Below are positions 9,401 to 17,217 of a stretch of DNA of 64,000 nt, one piece after another. The stretch spans positions 137,945-201,944 of the forward strand of contig CAKRZE010000001.1 in the NCBI GenBank assembly GCA_934432725.1. The letters are read 5' to 3'. This DNA comes from an uncultured Eubacteriales bacterium (GTDB taxonomy: Bacteria > Bacillota > Clostridia > Oscillospirales > CAG-272). Each line of letters begins with the position of its first letter. The first letter of the stretch is position 1. Below the pieces are notes generated by a model. The model was not told the origin of the DNA, ran no database searches, and saw only the letters and a program-made list of their open reading frames with translations. Made by a program: the position numbers and the translations under genes.

Positions 9401-11755
9401 TTAAAAACAGTCTCATCTCACCTTTCTCTTTGCGTCAAAGCGTGGAAGGATGCCGTCAAAGCCAAGGACCCGGATGCTGTCCGGGATGCCCTGACGCAGC
9501 TGAATCAGGCGGTCGCGGAAGGAGCGGACGCCGCGGCTGATGCAGGCAGGGAAGTGAGGACACTTTCCGAAATCCTGCAAGGCGCCGGTCCTTGGGCAAA
9601 GGAGCTTCAGACAGCCGCAGGTGAGCTTATAACCGCTTCCGACACCCTGACGCATGCACTGCAATCGGTGCATCAGGCAATTTCCGATATAAAAGAGAAC
9701 GTCAACATCGACGGAACGGCAGCCAAGGACGGGCTGGATAAGCTGCGCAGCGGAATCAGCGGAGTGATACGGTCTACCGACGGCTTCCGCACGGCACTGA
9801 AGCATTTTTCAGAGGCGTCCGGTACGCTTCAGGAAGCCTCCGGCACGGCATCCGATGCACTATGCAGCTTCCGTGATGCAATGGAATCTGCATCTGATGC
9901 ATCCGGCAAAATTTCAGATATGTTCTCTGAGCTTTCCGCACTGCTTGGGCGAATCACCTCTGAAAATCCCATTCATTTCTCCGGAATCAGCGGAAGCATG
10001 ACGGATGCCGGAGCCAATCTCTACCAGAATATCGGAGATATCGTTTCAGCTGCGGAGGCGCTGAATACCGACACCGAATCCGCCTCTGCCGTATTGATTC
10101 AGGATCTGAAGGAACTGACGGAAAGCATACACAACGCAATGAATCTTGCCCTTCAGATTGTAAAGGACGGCAGGGAGCTTTCACTGGATGATATCTATGA
10201 AGATATCTCGGAATCCGTGCCGGAGGATGAAACACTCGGAAAAATCGAAGGCTGCAAAAACACCGGCACCGTAAACGGCGATGTCAATACCGGCGGCGTT
10301 GTCGGCGCTATGGCAATAGAATATGACTTTGACCCCGAGGATGACCTGAACCGCACAGGCTCTGTCAAGCTGCACTTCCGGTTCCAGACGCGGGCGGTTG
10401 TCAAAAACTGCATCAACGAGGGACACATCATTTCCAAGAAAAACTGTGCAGGCGGTATTACCGGAAAAATGCAGCTCGGCGCGATTCTTTCCTGCGAAAA
10501 TTACGGAGATACGGTCAGCACGGACGGAAGCTATGTCGGCGGAATTGCCGGAGAAGCCACCTCCGCAATCAAAAATTGCTTCAGCAAATGTACGCTTTCC
10601 GGTTTAAAGTACGTCGGCGGCATATCCGGAAGCTCCAAAAAGGTTCAGAACTGCTATTCCTTTGTTAAAATTGACCGTTTTACACAGTTCGGCGGTGCAA
10701 TCTCGGGAAGCACCGAGGGCGAATTTTCGGCGAATCTCTTCCTCTCCGATGCTCTGGAGGGCTTGGACCGCTTCAGCAGCGCGGGGCAGGCTGAGCATAT
10801 CACGTTTGAAGATCTCCGGAAAACCGACGGAATTCCGGAAGCCTTCCTCTCCCTGAAGCTCCGGTTTACGGCGGATGATACCGTGCTGTCCGAAAGAAGC
10901 TTCACCTACGGCGAATCCTTTGACGAAAAGGCATACCCCGGTATTCCGGAAAAAGAGGGCTGCTATGCATATTGGAGCACGACAGCACTGGAAAATCTGA
11001 CCTTTGACACTACAGTCTCGGTCATCTATGTTCCTTTTGTGACCTCCCTGACCAGTGAGCAGAAGCGTGATCAGAAGCGCGCCGTTTTCCTTGCGGAAGG
11101 ACGCTTCATTGATCAGAATGTCATTACAGCAGAGGCTCAGCCCATCGATTCCGAGGTCTGCGAGGTAGCATCCGGTTGGCGTGAGATTTTAAAGAGCTTC
11201 TTCTCGGCTCCCTTCAAGCCGATCAGCTATGAAGTGACGGAGCAGTGGCTTCTGACCGTCCCGGACGATGGCAGCGAGACACATCTGATCCGGTATCTGC
11301 CGAAGGACGGAAAGCCGGAAAAAACCGATATTTACCTGAAAGAGGACGGAATCTGGAAAAAGGCGGATACTTCCGTATACGGAAGCTATCTGGTATTCCG
11401 CGCAACCGGAAACACCCTGGAGATCGCCGCCGTTTCCAAGCTTCCCACCCGCAGTATCATTATTGCGATCTGTATCCTTTCCGCAGCGATTCTGCTTTTC
11501 ATCATACTGATCGTCGGAAGCTGTGTTCGAAGCCGGAAAAGAAGGCGCAGCCAGACTGTTTTCCCATCGATTCAAAGCTTTGGGGAGCAAACATGGCAGA
11601 AACCCGCAGACGGGCATGACCAAACAGTGCCGGCGGATGCTCCGGGTTCCGCACCGGAGTCTAAAATACATACCGCTTCGGACACCGTTTCCGAAACGGA
11701 GCAAAGGCAATCCGAACCCACCCCTCCCGAAGACAGCACCGGCAAGTGTGAATAA
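6389..11755 (+). CDS. Giant cell-surface protein: signal peptide, GLUG-motif repeats, five ~134 aa helical repeats, GLUG repeats, C-terminal TM anchor
   Basis: RBS AGGAGGA precedes ATG 6389. The N-terminus MKIRNNQKKAGKRAVFWGRAAALVLTGILLLGIAAPVFA is signal-like. GGIAG/GGIVG/GGVVG (GLUG-type) repeats occur at both ends. There is a hydrophobic segment IIIAICILSAAILLFIILIVG followed by RSRKRRRS near the C-terminus. The start overlaps the MMPL stop by 35 nt. Confidence 0.8.
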   Translation: MKIRNNQKKAGKRAVFWGRAAALVLTGILLLGIAAPVFAADEPGTVYIGSAKEFEEFAEHCRLDTWSQGKKFVITKDIDLSGIRFSGIPSFGGTLDGQGHSVSGLELTEALSPAGLFCVIQEGGSVSNLAVTGRVTPSGSREKLGGIAGINHGTVSSCSFSGIISGEEKIGGIAGYNTSTGLIADCTVRGVLTGSSMTGGIVGENAGSVTGCRNESGVNITDVEKTLRLQDISFDITSLKLSENLSISSVDTGGIAGYSSGILINNHNSGKIGYPHIGYNTGGIVGRTCGYISGCTNDGEIYGRKEVGGIAGQQEPNVTLRFPQSTVDRLAEELDRIYAQTEKALEDAGNSSSAVSVRLRMLLASLNEAKNSTKELSNLTTEWANSNIDEANRLSSMTAEMLEGFAGISDRLREISDVLEQAMQQGADGMGQLASAARLSADALGSVRKGLDEAYAASEELHKNVLLIQDGCEVLRNAFRIQDRDAFKASLEQISNGMDAAALAMTQISAAAKKISDLFEDCTWFDPALQSIGRLGDDLADTASAVKKCSDALKKLEDNVSVDWDKLKEGADEFTAALDAVCALADAVDRSLASVKDALLEITDGVTAMRNAVTVNDPEAVKNGFSKIEHGISALTDACRAMSDAASRLEEKWRDAEWVDPLLDGMADFIRTLGEMTKHLSNIKDAEDRIRDQIVINEELAEEALKQLSEAVDRLLSASEEILSALKKINTGYEMVLAGLEQLKQALVCKDPDAAKAAVAQCRAGILQIAQAYEEMKAAADTISTILRETEGLGGLLKNWKSLVEAFRSFGDGLSGFAGGCRTTAEALLKFSETLGVDWDAALRGASDVIHGIETVLEGTRQLAQANADMVDAVSELISGLRKLKQAITVNDISEIVKAAEDIRKELGLLLPVCRDACAAAEKVIGALKDARAWGDECEEDVKALLEAFGKASDALGQINEGIGDITENTEIDAEALSGGFSLTLEGVRDLAMSADSLRAVCADLKTVSSHLSLCVKAWKDAVKAKDPDAVRDALTQLNQAVAEGADAAADAGREVRTLSEILQGAGPWAKELQTAAGELITASDTLTHALQSVHQAISDIKENVNIDGTAAKDGLDKLRSGISGVIRSTDGFRTALKHFSEASGTLQEASGTASDALCSFRDAMESASDASGKISDMFSELSALLGRITSENPIHFSGISGSMTDAGANLYQNIGDIVSAAEALNTDTESASAVLIQDLKELTESIHNAMNLALQIVKDGRELSLDDIYEDISESVPEDETLGKIEGCKNTGTVNGDVNTGGVVGAMAIEYDFDPEDDLNRTGSVKLHFRFQTRAVVKNCINEGHIISKKNCAGGITGKMQLGAILSCENYGDTVSTDGSYVGGIAGEATSAIKNCFSKCTLSGLKYVGGISGSSKKVQNCYSFVKIDRFTQFGGAISGSTEGEFSANLFLSDALEGLDRFSSAGQAEHITFEDLRKTDGIPEAFLSLKLRFTADDTVLSERSFTYGESFDEKAYPGIPEKEGCYAYWSTTALENLTFDTTVSVIYVPFVTSLTSEQKRDQKRAVFLAEGRFIDQNVITAEAQPIDSEVCEVASGWREILKSFFSAPFKPISYEVTEQWLLTVPDDGSETHLIRYLPKDGKPEKTDIYLKEDGIWKKADTSVYGSYLVFRATGNTLEIAAVSKLPTRSIIIAICILSAAILLFIILIVGSCVRSRKRRRSQTVFPSIQSFGEQTWQKPADGHDQTVPADAPGSAPESKIHTASDTVSETEQRQSEPTPPEDSTGKCE
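7823..9855 (+). repeat. Five tandem ~402 nt (~134 aa) divergent coding repeats inside the giant surface protein
   Basis: A recurrent motif (V/I)x(V/K)(N/K)DP(E/D)AxK starts at nt 7823, 8226, 8628, 9050 and 9453 (spacing 403, 402, 422, 403). Each is followed by Ala/Leu-rich helical sequence and a W..D..L / VDWD element. Confidence 0.7.
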
Positions 11756-11856
11756 GCATTCTGTTTGCTGCCCCGGTCGGTTTGCGGTTTAAACATTTTT
11801 CTGCACGCCGGATTTATATCGGCAAGCTCCATCGATTTCTGTAGTAATGCAAAGAT

Positions 11857-11887
11857 GCCCCCGGGAAGAAATTTTCGGGGGCTTTCC
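11857..11887 (+). terminator. Rho-independent terminator after the surface-protein gene
   Basis: GCCCCCG / CGGGGGC stem with a 12 nt loop, followed by TTTCC. Confidence 0.55.
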
Positions 11888-12207
11888 GTTGTGAATGGAA
11901 CCTGCTGCTTCGGGAATTTTTTCAAACGCACGGTATTCTACAGTATCATACGAACCGGGAAGAGTCACCCTTCTGTCTGCCGATAAACAATCCTCGCTTT
12001 TGTTTTTTGTTTCAAACCAAACAGAGACCGAGGCGGCTGTTATCCGCATCAGTCCCTGCTGCATGTGCCTCCCGTCCAATCCCCGTCCGGGCACATCCCG
12101 GCAGGGACAGACCGCACCCGGCGCAATCGGTGCAGGCAAAGGACAGCCAACTTGCAAAAAATCATATTTTTTACATATTTCCGGTAGAACTTTACGGAAT
12201 ATCGTGC

Positions 12208-12213
12208 TATAAT
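12208..12213 (+). promoter_or_regulatory. Candidate extended -10 box (TGcTATAAT) for hom, giving a ~210 nt leader
   Basis: GTGCTATAAT with a weak -35 (TAGAAC) 17 nt upstream. No recognisable riboswitch in the leader. Confidence 0.4.
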
Positions 12214-12429
12214 ATAAAAAATGTTGCCGCGCATGATTTGTCTTGCACCCGGAAAAATCGCTGCACTTTATGGTCAAGCGAATGGTAACAAGGAAAAAAG
12301 TGCTCTTCTTCCGGAATCAGACCGCTTCCTTTCCAATGAGGAGGCGAAGAATACGCATGCAGTGAGGCAAAGCTGCCGGAAACGCTTCGGTACAAAAAGA
12401 ATTTGATGCAGATTGGAGTAAGGAGTATT

Positions 12430-13509
12430 ATGGTTAAAATTGCATTATTGGGGTTTGGAACAGTGGGAAGCGGCGTATATGAGGTTCTTGAAAAAAACAG
12501 CGCCTTGATACACCGTCAGACCGGACTTGAAATTGAAATCAAATATATTCTGGATCTGCGGGAATTTCCGGAGCATCCACTCGGAAACCGCGTGGTACAT
12601 GATTTTGCCATCATTGCGCAGGACCCGGAGATAGCGATCGTATGTGAAATGATGGGAGGAGTCCACCCGGCATACGACTTTACAAAGGCTGCGCTTGAGG
12701 CAGGGAAGAACGTGGTCACCTCAAACAAGGCGGTTGTTGCTGCTTACGGACCGGAGCTTCTTGCACTCGCGGCAGAAAAGAAGGTTCGGTATCTGTTTGA
12801 AGCATCAGTCGGCGGCGGTATTCCGATTATCCGTCCGATGCAGACCTGCATGAACGGAAATGAAATTACGGAAATCGCGGGAATCCTGAACGGAACAACA
12901 AACTATATTCTGACCTCTATGGAAAAAGAGGGCGTTTCTTTCGAAGAGGCGCTTTCCCGTGCGCAGAAGCTCGGATATGCGGAAGCCGATCCTTCCGCCG
13001 ATATTGAGGGCGCGGACGCATGCAGAAAAATCTGTATTCTGGCAGCTGTCGCTTTCGGAACGCTGGTTCCGTATGAGTCGGTTGCCTGTGAGGGAATCAC
13101 GCGGATCACAAATGAAGATGTTGCCAAGGCTGCGGAGAAAAATGCCGCAATCAAGCTGATTGGACGCGCGGTCAAATGCCCTGACGGAAAGCTGTACCTT
13201 TCCGTTTCCCCCTATGCCGTCAGACGCGACAATCCCCTGGCGCATATCGATGATGTGTTCAACGGCGTTCTTGTGCGGGGCAATGTTTCCGGCGATCTGA
13301 TGTTTTACGGCAAGGGCGCCGGAAAGCTGCCTACCGCAAGCGCGGTTGTTTCGGATATTCTTGACATTGCTTCTCATGTCGGAAATCAACCCGTACAGCC
13401 TCAGTGGGTACGCGATGCATCGTGTCTTGCGACTGCTTTACCGGAGGAGCTTGCTTCCGAATCAGCCGAAACGCTCGGAACACCTGTTTTGCACCCGGCG
13501 CTTGCATAA
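12430..13509 (+). CDS. hom: Homoserine dehydrogenase (short form without ACT domain)
   Basis: MVKIALLGFGTVGSGVYEVL NAD-binding N-terminus, plus the catalytic region ...GILNGTTNYILT...AEADPSADIEGADA. RBS AAGGAG precedes ATG 12430. Confidence 0.85.
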   Translation: MVKIALLGFGTVGSGVYEVLEKNSALIHRQTGLEIEIKYILDLREFPEHPLGNRVVHDFAIIAQDPEIAIVCEMMGGVHPAYDFTKAALEAGKNVVTSNKAVVAAYGPELLALAAEKKVRYLFEASVGGGIPIIRPMQTCMNGNEITEIAGILNGTTNYILTSMEKEGVSFEEALSRAQKLGYAEADPSADIEGADACRKICILAAVAFGTLVPYESVACEGITRITNEDVAKAAEKNAAIKLIGRAVKCPDGKLYLSVSPYAVRRDNPLAHIDDVFNGVLVRGNVSGDLMFYGKGAGKLPTASAVVSDILDIASHVGNQPVQPQWVRDASCLATALPEELASESAETLGTPVLHPALA

Positions 13510-14812
13510 AATAACGCCGCGTCTCGGCAATGACGGTATTCGACATAAGAAGAATGCATATCACATTGACGATTGTCATGACCGATATGGAAAAATCCGA
13601 GATATCCCAAATGATTTGCGGGGCAAGGACAGCGCCGGCAAAACCCGAAAGTCCGTATAACCACAAATAAATGTGCACCCCCCGCGCCGAAGGTTTTTGT
13701 CTGTTTAAAAACCGCAGCGCTTCGGTTCCGTAATACGCCCAGGCAACCACGGAAGCAAATGCAAACAGTACAATGGATACGGATAAAAAGATTCCGGCTC
13801 CATGCCCGATGCCTTTTTCATACGCCAGAAGTGCAAGCGCCGTTCCGTCAGCCTGCCCGATCAGATCCGGCTCCAGCAGGATGACAACTGCAGTCATCGT
13901 ACACAATACAATTGTATCGACAAATACCTCGACAATGCCGAAAAAGCCCTGTTCCACAGGGCTTTTTGCTTCTGCGGATGCATATGCAAAGGGGGCGGTT
14001 CCGCAGCCCGCCTCATTGGACAAAATCCCTCGCGCGGTACCGAAACGGAGTCCGCGCATGGTCAGATAGCCGAGAATTCCTCCGATCCCAGCCTCCGGTC
14101 GGAAGGCGTCCGCCATGATTTTTGAAAAGACGCCGGGGAGGGAAGAGCAGCGGGATAAAATAATCCAGACCGAAACAATAAAATAACCTCCGCTCAGCAG
14201 CGGAACCAAAACGGATGTAAGCCGGACAATCCTTTTTCCTCCGCCCAATGTCACATACAGCACGCCCACCGACATCACAAGTCCCGTAATCCACCTCGGC
14301 GTGTGAAAAATGGTATCAAGCGCTTCCGCCGCAGCAAAGGTCTGCACCGTATTTCCAACGGAAAAATTGGCAGCAAGCAAAAAGAACGAAAAGCCGGCAG
14401 CAAGCAGGGGGAGCTTCAGTCCGTCCCGAATATAATACGGTGTGCCGCCATATGCGGCTCCGTCTTTTTTATATTGGTACTTTACCGCCAAAAGGATTTC
14501 TGCATATTTTACAAACATTGCGAAAACCGCACTCACCCACATCCAGAAAACAGCTCCAGGTCCGCCTGCGGTAATTGCAGCAGCAACCCCGGTAATATTT
14601 CCGACACCAAGTGTTCCGGCAAGCGCCATCAGCATAGATTTCCAAGGAGGAAGTGCATTCGGATCCTCCTGCTTTCGAAATAAGGCAGCCAAAACCGTAC
14701 GAAAATGCAAAATCGGAAAAAATCCAAGGCGAATGATAAAATATCCTCCGCATATGATCAGAATAACCGGCAAAACAGGTCCGAAGAAATACTGGTTCAA
14801 AAATGACAGCAT
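13331..14812 (-). CDS. Alanine/glycine:cation symporter (AGCS family)
   Basis: Typical AGCS N-terminal region (SMLMALAGTLGVGNITGVAAAITAGGPGAVFWMWVSA) in a polytopic protein. Start at the internal ATG (MLSFLNQ) with RBS AGGAGA. The last ~60 aa overlap the hom 3' end antisense and may not be genuine. Confidence 0.8.
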   Translation of the reverse strand: MLSFLNQYFFGPVLPVILIICGGYFIIRLGFFPILHFRTVLAALFRKQEDPNALPPWKSMLMALAGTLGVGNITGVAAAITAGGPGAVFWMWVSAVFAMFVKYAEILLAVKYQYKKDGAAYGGTPYYIRDGLKLPLLAAGFSFFLLAANFSVGNTVQTFAAAEALDTIFHTPRWITGLVMSVGVLYVTLGGGKRIVRLTSVLVPLLSGGYFIVSVWIILSRCSSLPGVFSKIMADAFRPEAGIGGILGYLTMRGLRFGTARGILSNEAGCGTAPFAYASAEAKSPVEQGFFGIVEVFVDTIVLCTMTAVVILLEPDLIGQADGTALALLAYEKGIGHGAGIFLSVSIVLFAFASVVAWAYYGTEALRFLNRQKPSARGVHIYLWLYGLSGFAGAVLAPQIIWDISDFSISVMTIVNVICILLMSNTVIAETRRYFMQAPGAKQVFRAFRLIRKQAPPVKQSQDTMHRVPTEAVRVDFRHEKQCQEYPKQPRLR

Positions 14813-15504
14813 ACGATATCTCCTGTATAACAAAAAGGCATTGTATCGTTCTATCATTATTTTCGAAAACGGAAGCATATGCACAGAGCGGAAAAATAAA
14901 TTTCTATTTAGAATAATAGACACAGAAAATTACACACTGCAAAATATGGAAGAAATCCCATGCAAAGAGAAATCGTCATAAAAAAACGTTTTCGCATACG
15001 GAATGAGGCTTTATGTTATCATATGACAAACAAAGAACCGGGACCGTATCACTTATACAGACAATTCTTTTGGGCTCTTTGTGATACGAAGGACAGCCGC
15101 CACGACAGTCATACAATCTCAATCTCATGAGGAGCGTCAGTATCAAAGCTGTCATAATAAGGAGCTGCGGGACGCTGTCCATCGGCAATCCGCTAAAATG
15201 AGCGACAGGATCTAAAGCCAAAATCGGGAACACCTCACATCCAAATGGAGTTCAACTACGTTTCGCAGTGCTGTATATACAGGATAACTTTATTGAGACG
15301 CGAAGCAATCGTATGATAATTATGATAATTCGGTTTTTTACTTTGGAACTCAAGTATTGTAATTCGCGAACAATTTTGAATTGCTGCAAATCGTAAACAT
15401 TAGTTTGCCTACAACTTGCCACGGGCTGCCTGTGGATAAAAAACTGTAGATGAGTAGATAAATGGCAGAAACAAAAATCAGCAATCACCAAAAAAAATCA
15501 AAAT

Positions 15505-15630
15505 TCTCCAAGTGCCGTATGGAAGCCAGAGACAGAACGGGAGTCTGATATTACACGGCGGGAATTTGATATTATATTTGAAGCAAAAAGATTACCTGAT
15601 CGTTCCAGACGGCGGCTGTATCGCCGATAA
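15505..15630 (+). pseudogene. Remnant of the 3' end of a third PHP histidinol-phosphatase-like gene, in a low-GC context
   Basis: In-frame translation SPSAVWKPETERESDITRREFDIIFEAKRLP parallels HSPDAVWKPETEREADALRQEFGLTLVPEMKL of the gene at 17218-18003. A stop lies only ~20 codons upstream, so just the tail survives. Confidence 0.5.
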
Positions 15631-15771
15631 AAATCAATAAGACCGGAAAAATCAAGCTCCGAAGGTAAAAAGCTGCCGGGGGAACAACGTAAGAACACAC
15701 GTGTTTATTATACTTGTTTTTGTGTGCCAATTATACCAAATAGAAATTTAGTACAATTGAGTGAAGCAATC

Positions 15772-15897
15772 ATGTTGTTGCGTGAACATGGTGGTAACGT
15801 TGCCGATCTTGTTCTTGATCTTGCTAACAACAATCCTGTTTACGGTGAGAACGTGCTTAAGACGCTTCAACGTTATATAGAAGCAAATTCCCAATAA
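15772..15897 (+). CDS. Small ORF (41 aa from the ATG; frame open from 15631) in the low-GC islet, weakly similar to the small ORF downstream of the intact PHP gene
   Basis: MLLREHGGNVADLVLDLANNNPVYGENVLKTLQRYIEANSQ. The REHGGNVADLVL stretch aligns with RESGRGFSDFL of ORF 17018-17182. It is followed by a strong terminator. No SD seen. Confidence 0.25.
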   Translation: MLLREHGGNVADLVLDLANNNPVYGENVLKTLQRYIEANSQ

Positions 15898-15955
15898 AGC
15901 GAAGTATTATGAAGTATTATTATGTAAAATTGTTCTACATTTATCCGAATATCCG

Positions 15956-15989
15956 AAAAACGCGTACCACAACGTGTACGCGTTTTTTC
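15956..15989. terminator. Bidirectional rho-independent terminator
   Basis: AAAAA, then ACGCGTAC, an 8 nt loop, GTACGCGT, then TTTTTT. It lies between the small + strand ORF and the convergent DUF218 gene. Confidence 0.7.
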
Positions 15990-16034
15990 ATACCTTGTAA
16001 ACATAAACCGAATCCAAAAGAATCGGAGCAAAAA

Positions 16035-16826
16035 TTACACACCGAGAAAAAGCTTGACATACGACATATATTCGCGCACCAAGCTTGTCCACAGCTGCCA
16101 CATATCGGACGAAGGCGCCGAGCAGCTGAGCACGGTCAAACCGTTCCGTCTGGCAAGCAGCTGAATACGCGCAATATGGAAGTCGGAGGAAACTGCAATC
16201 AGCGGACGTTCATTCAAACCGTTTTCCGACAGAATCGCGCGGAACCCTCCGAAATTTTCAATCGTATCCATCGCCTCGGCGTCTATGTAGATGCGTTCGG
16301 CATCAATGCCTTTTTCGACAAGATACTGCTGCATTGCAACAGCTTCCGCAATATCCTCGTCAAGTCCCTGCCCTCCGCTCACAAGGCAAACGGAGGAAGA
16401 ATCTTCCTCAAGCAGTTTCAGCGCCGTATCCAGCCGCAGACGCAGCGTTCTGGAAGGAACCGTGCCGTTGACTTTACATCCGAATACAAGCACTGCGCTG
16501 CCCTGAGGCATATTCTGCGGCGTCAGTTCCGTGTTGGCTTTGACTCCGATATAGCCGCATAATATCAGAAATGTGACAACATAAAACGTCATTCCGTATG
16601 CGAAAACGTTTTTTATTGCATAATAACTCCGCTTCAGAAGCTTTTTCCATATTTTTCTGAACAAAATAGGGACAAGCACCATCAGAATCACAGTCAGAGA
16701 CAGAATAATTGCCTTCAGATTCCCCGTTCTGAATCCGAACTGGAGTGCGAAGGAGAGATATGCGAACAAAACAAACGTACCCGTCACGCCGATCAGAATA
16801 TTCAAAAATTTATTATAGTGTTTCAT
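16035..16826 (-). CDS. YdcF/SanA-like DUF218 membrane-anchored protein
   Basis: N-terminal TM helices followed by a DUF218-type domain (AVLVFGCKVNGTVPSRTLRLRLDTALKLL...VSGGQG...EAVAMQQYLVEKGI...SSDFHIARI). Confidence 0.75.
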   Translation of the reverse strand: MKHYNKFLNILIGVTGTFVLFAYLSFALQFGFRTGNLKAIILSLTVILMVLVPILFRKIWKKLLKRSYYAIKNVFAYGMTFYVVTFLILCGYIGVKANTELTPQNMPQGSAVLVFGCKVNGTVPSRTLRLRLDTALKLLEEDSSSVCLVSGGQGLDEDIAEAVAMQQYLVEKGIDAERIYIDAEAMDTIENFGGFRAILSENGLNERPLIAVSSDFHIARIQLLARRNGLTVLSCSAPSSDMWQLWTSLVREYMSYVKLFLGV

Positions 16827-17017
16827 TTGAAAAAAGTATCCTCATACATTAAGCAAAGACCCGAGCAACGAACAATAACGAAAAGAGAACCGGGCGCATC
16901 GGCTGCCGCATGGCGACTGTCCCTCATATCGCAAAACGCTCAAATAAGTGATTTTCCCGACCGAGCGGAGAGACACCCGGGAAAACAGCTTTTCACGGCT
17001 TACGGGGACAAAAATGG

Positions 17018-17182
17018 TTACGGCATTTCCGCATATGCACCCGTAAATTCCTGAATTCCGTTTTTCACCTTTAGCAATGCCGTATTCGTTATCTGTGTTT
17101 TCAGAAAATCCGAAAAACCGCGCCCGGACTCTCGCCAAACCTCGGTCAAATTAAGCGCTGCGGCTTGGCGGTTCCGCATCAT
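17018..17182 (-). CDS. Possible small protein (54 aa) immediately downstream of the PHP gene
   Basis: MMRNRQAAALNLTEVWRESGRGFSDFLKTQITNTALLKVKNGIQEFTGAYAEMP. The only support is weak similarity to the ORF at 15631-15897, which also follows a PHP 3' end. No clear SD. Confidence 0.3.
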   Translation of the reverse strand: MMRNRQAAALNLTEVWRESGRGFSDFLKTQITNTALLKVKNGIQEFTGAYAEMP

Positions 17183-17217
17183 AAACAATGAAGTCCGTTC
17201 GGGCTGTGTCAAGCAGC

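Noticed and set aside
11789-12277. 162-aa minus-strand ORF in the spacer between the surface-protein gene and hom.
   Set aside because: It has no SD and no recognisable domain. It spans a terminator and the hom promoter, so it is most likely non-coding.
14813-15250. An expected glycine riboswitch upstream of the AGCS symporter, and an 85-aa GTG-initiated ORF at 14976-15233.
   Set aside because: No GGAGAG...CACCG/ACCGAAGGGGCAA-type aptamer sequence is visible. The ORF lacks an SD and has an odd composition.
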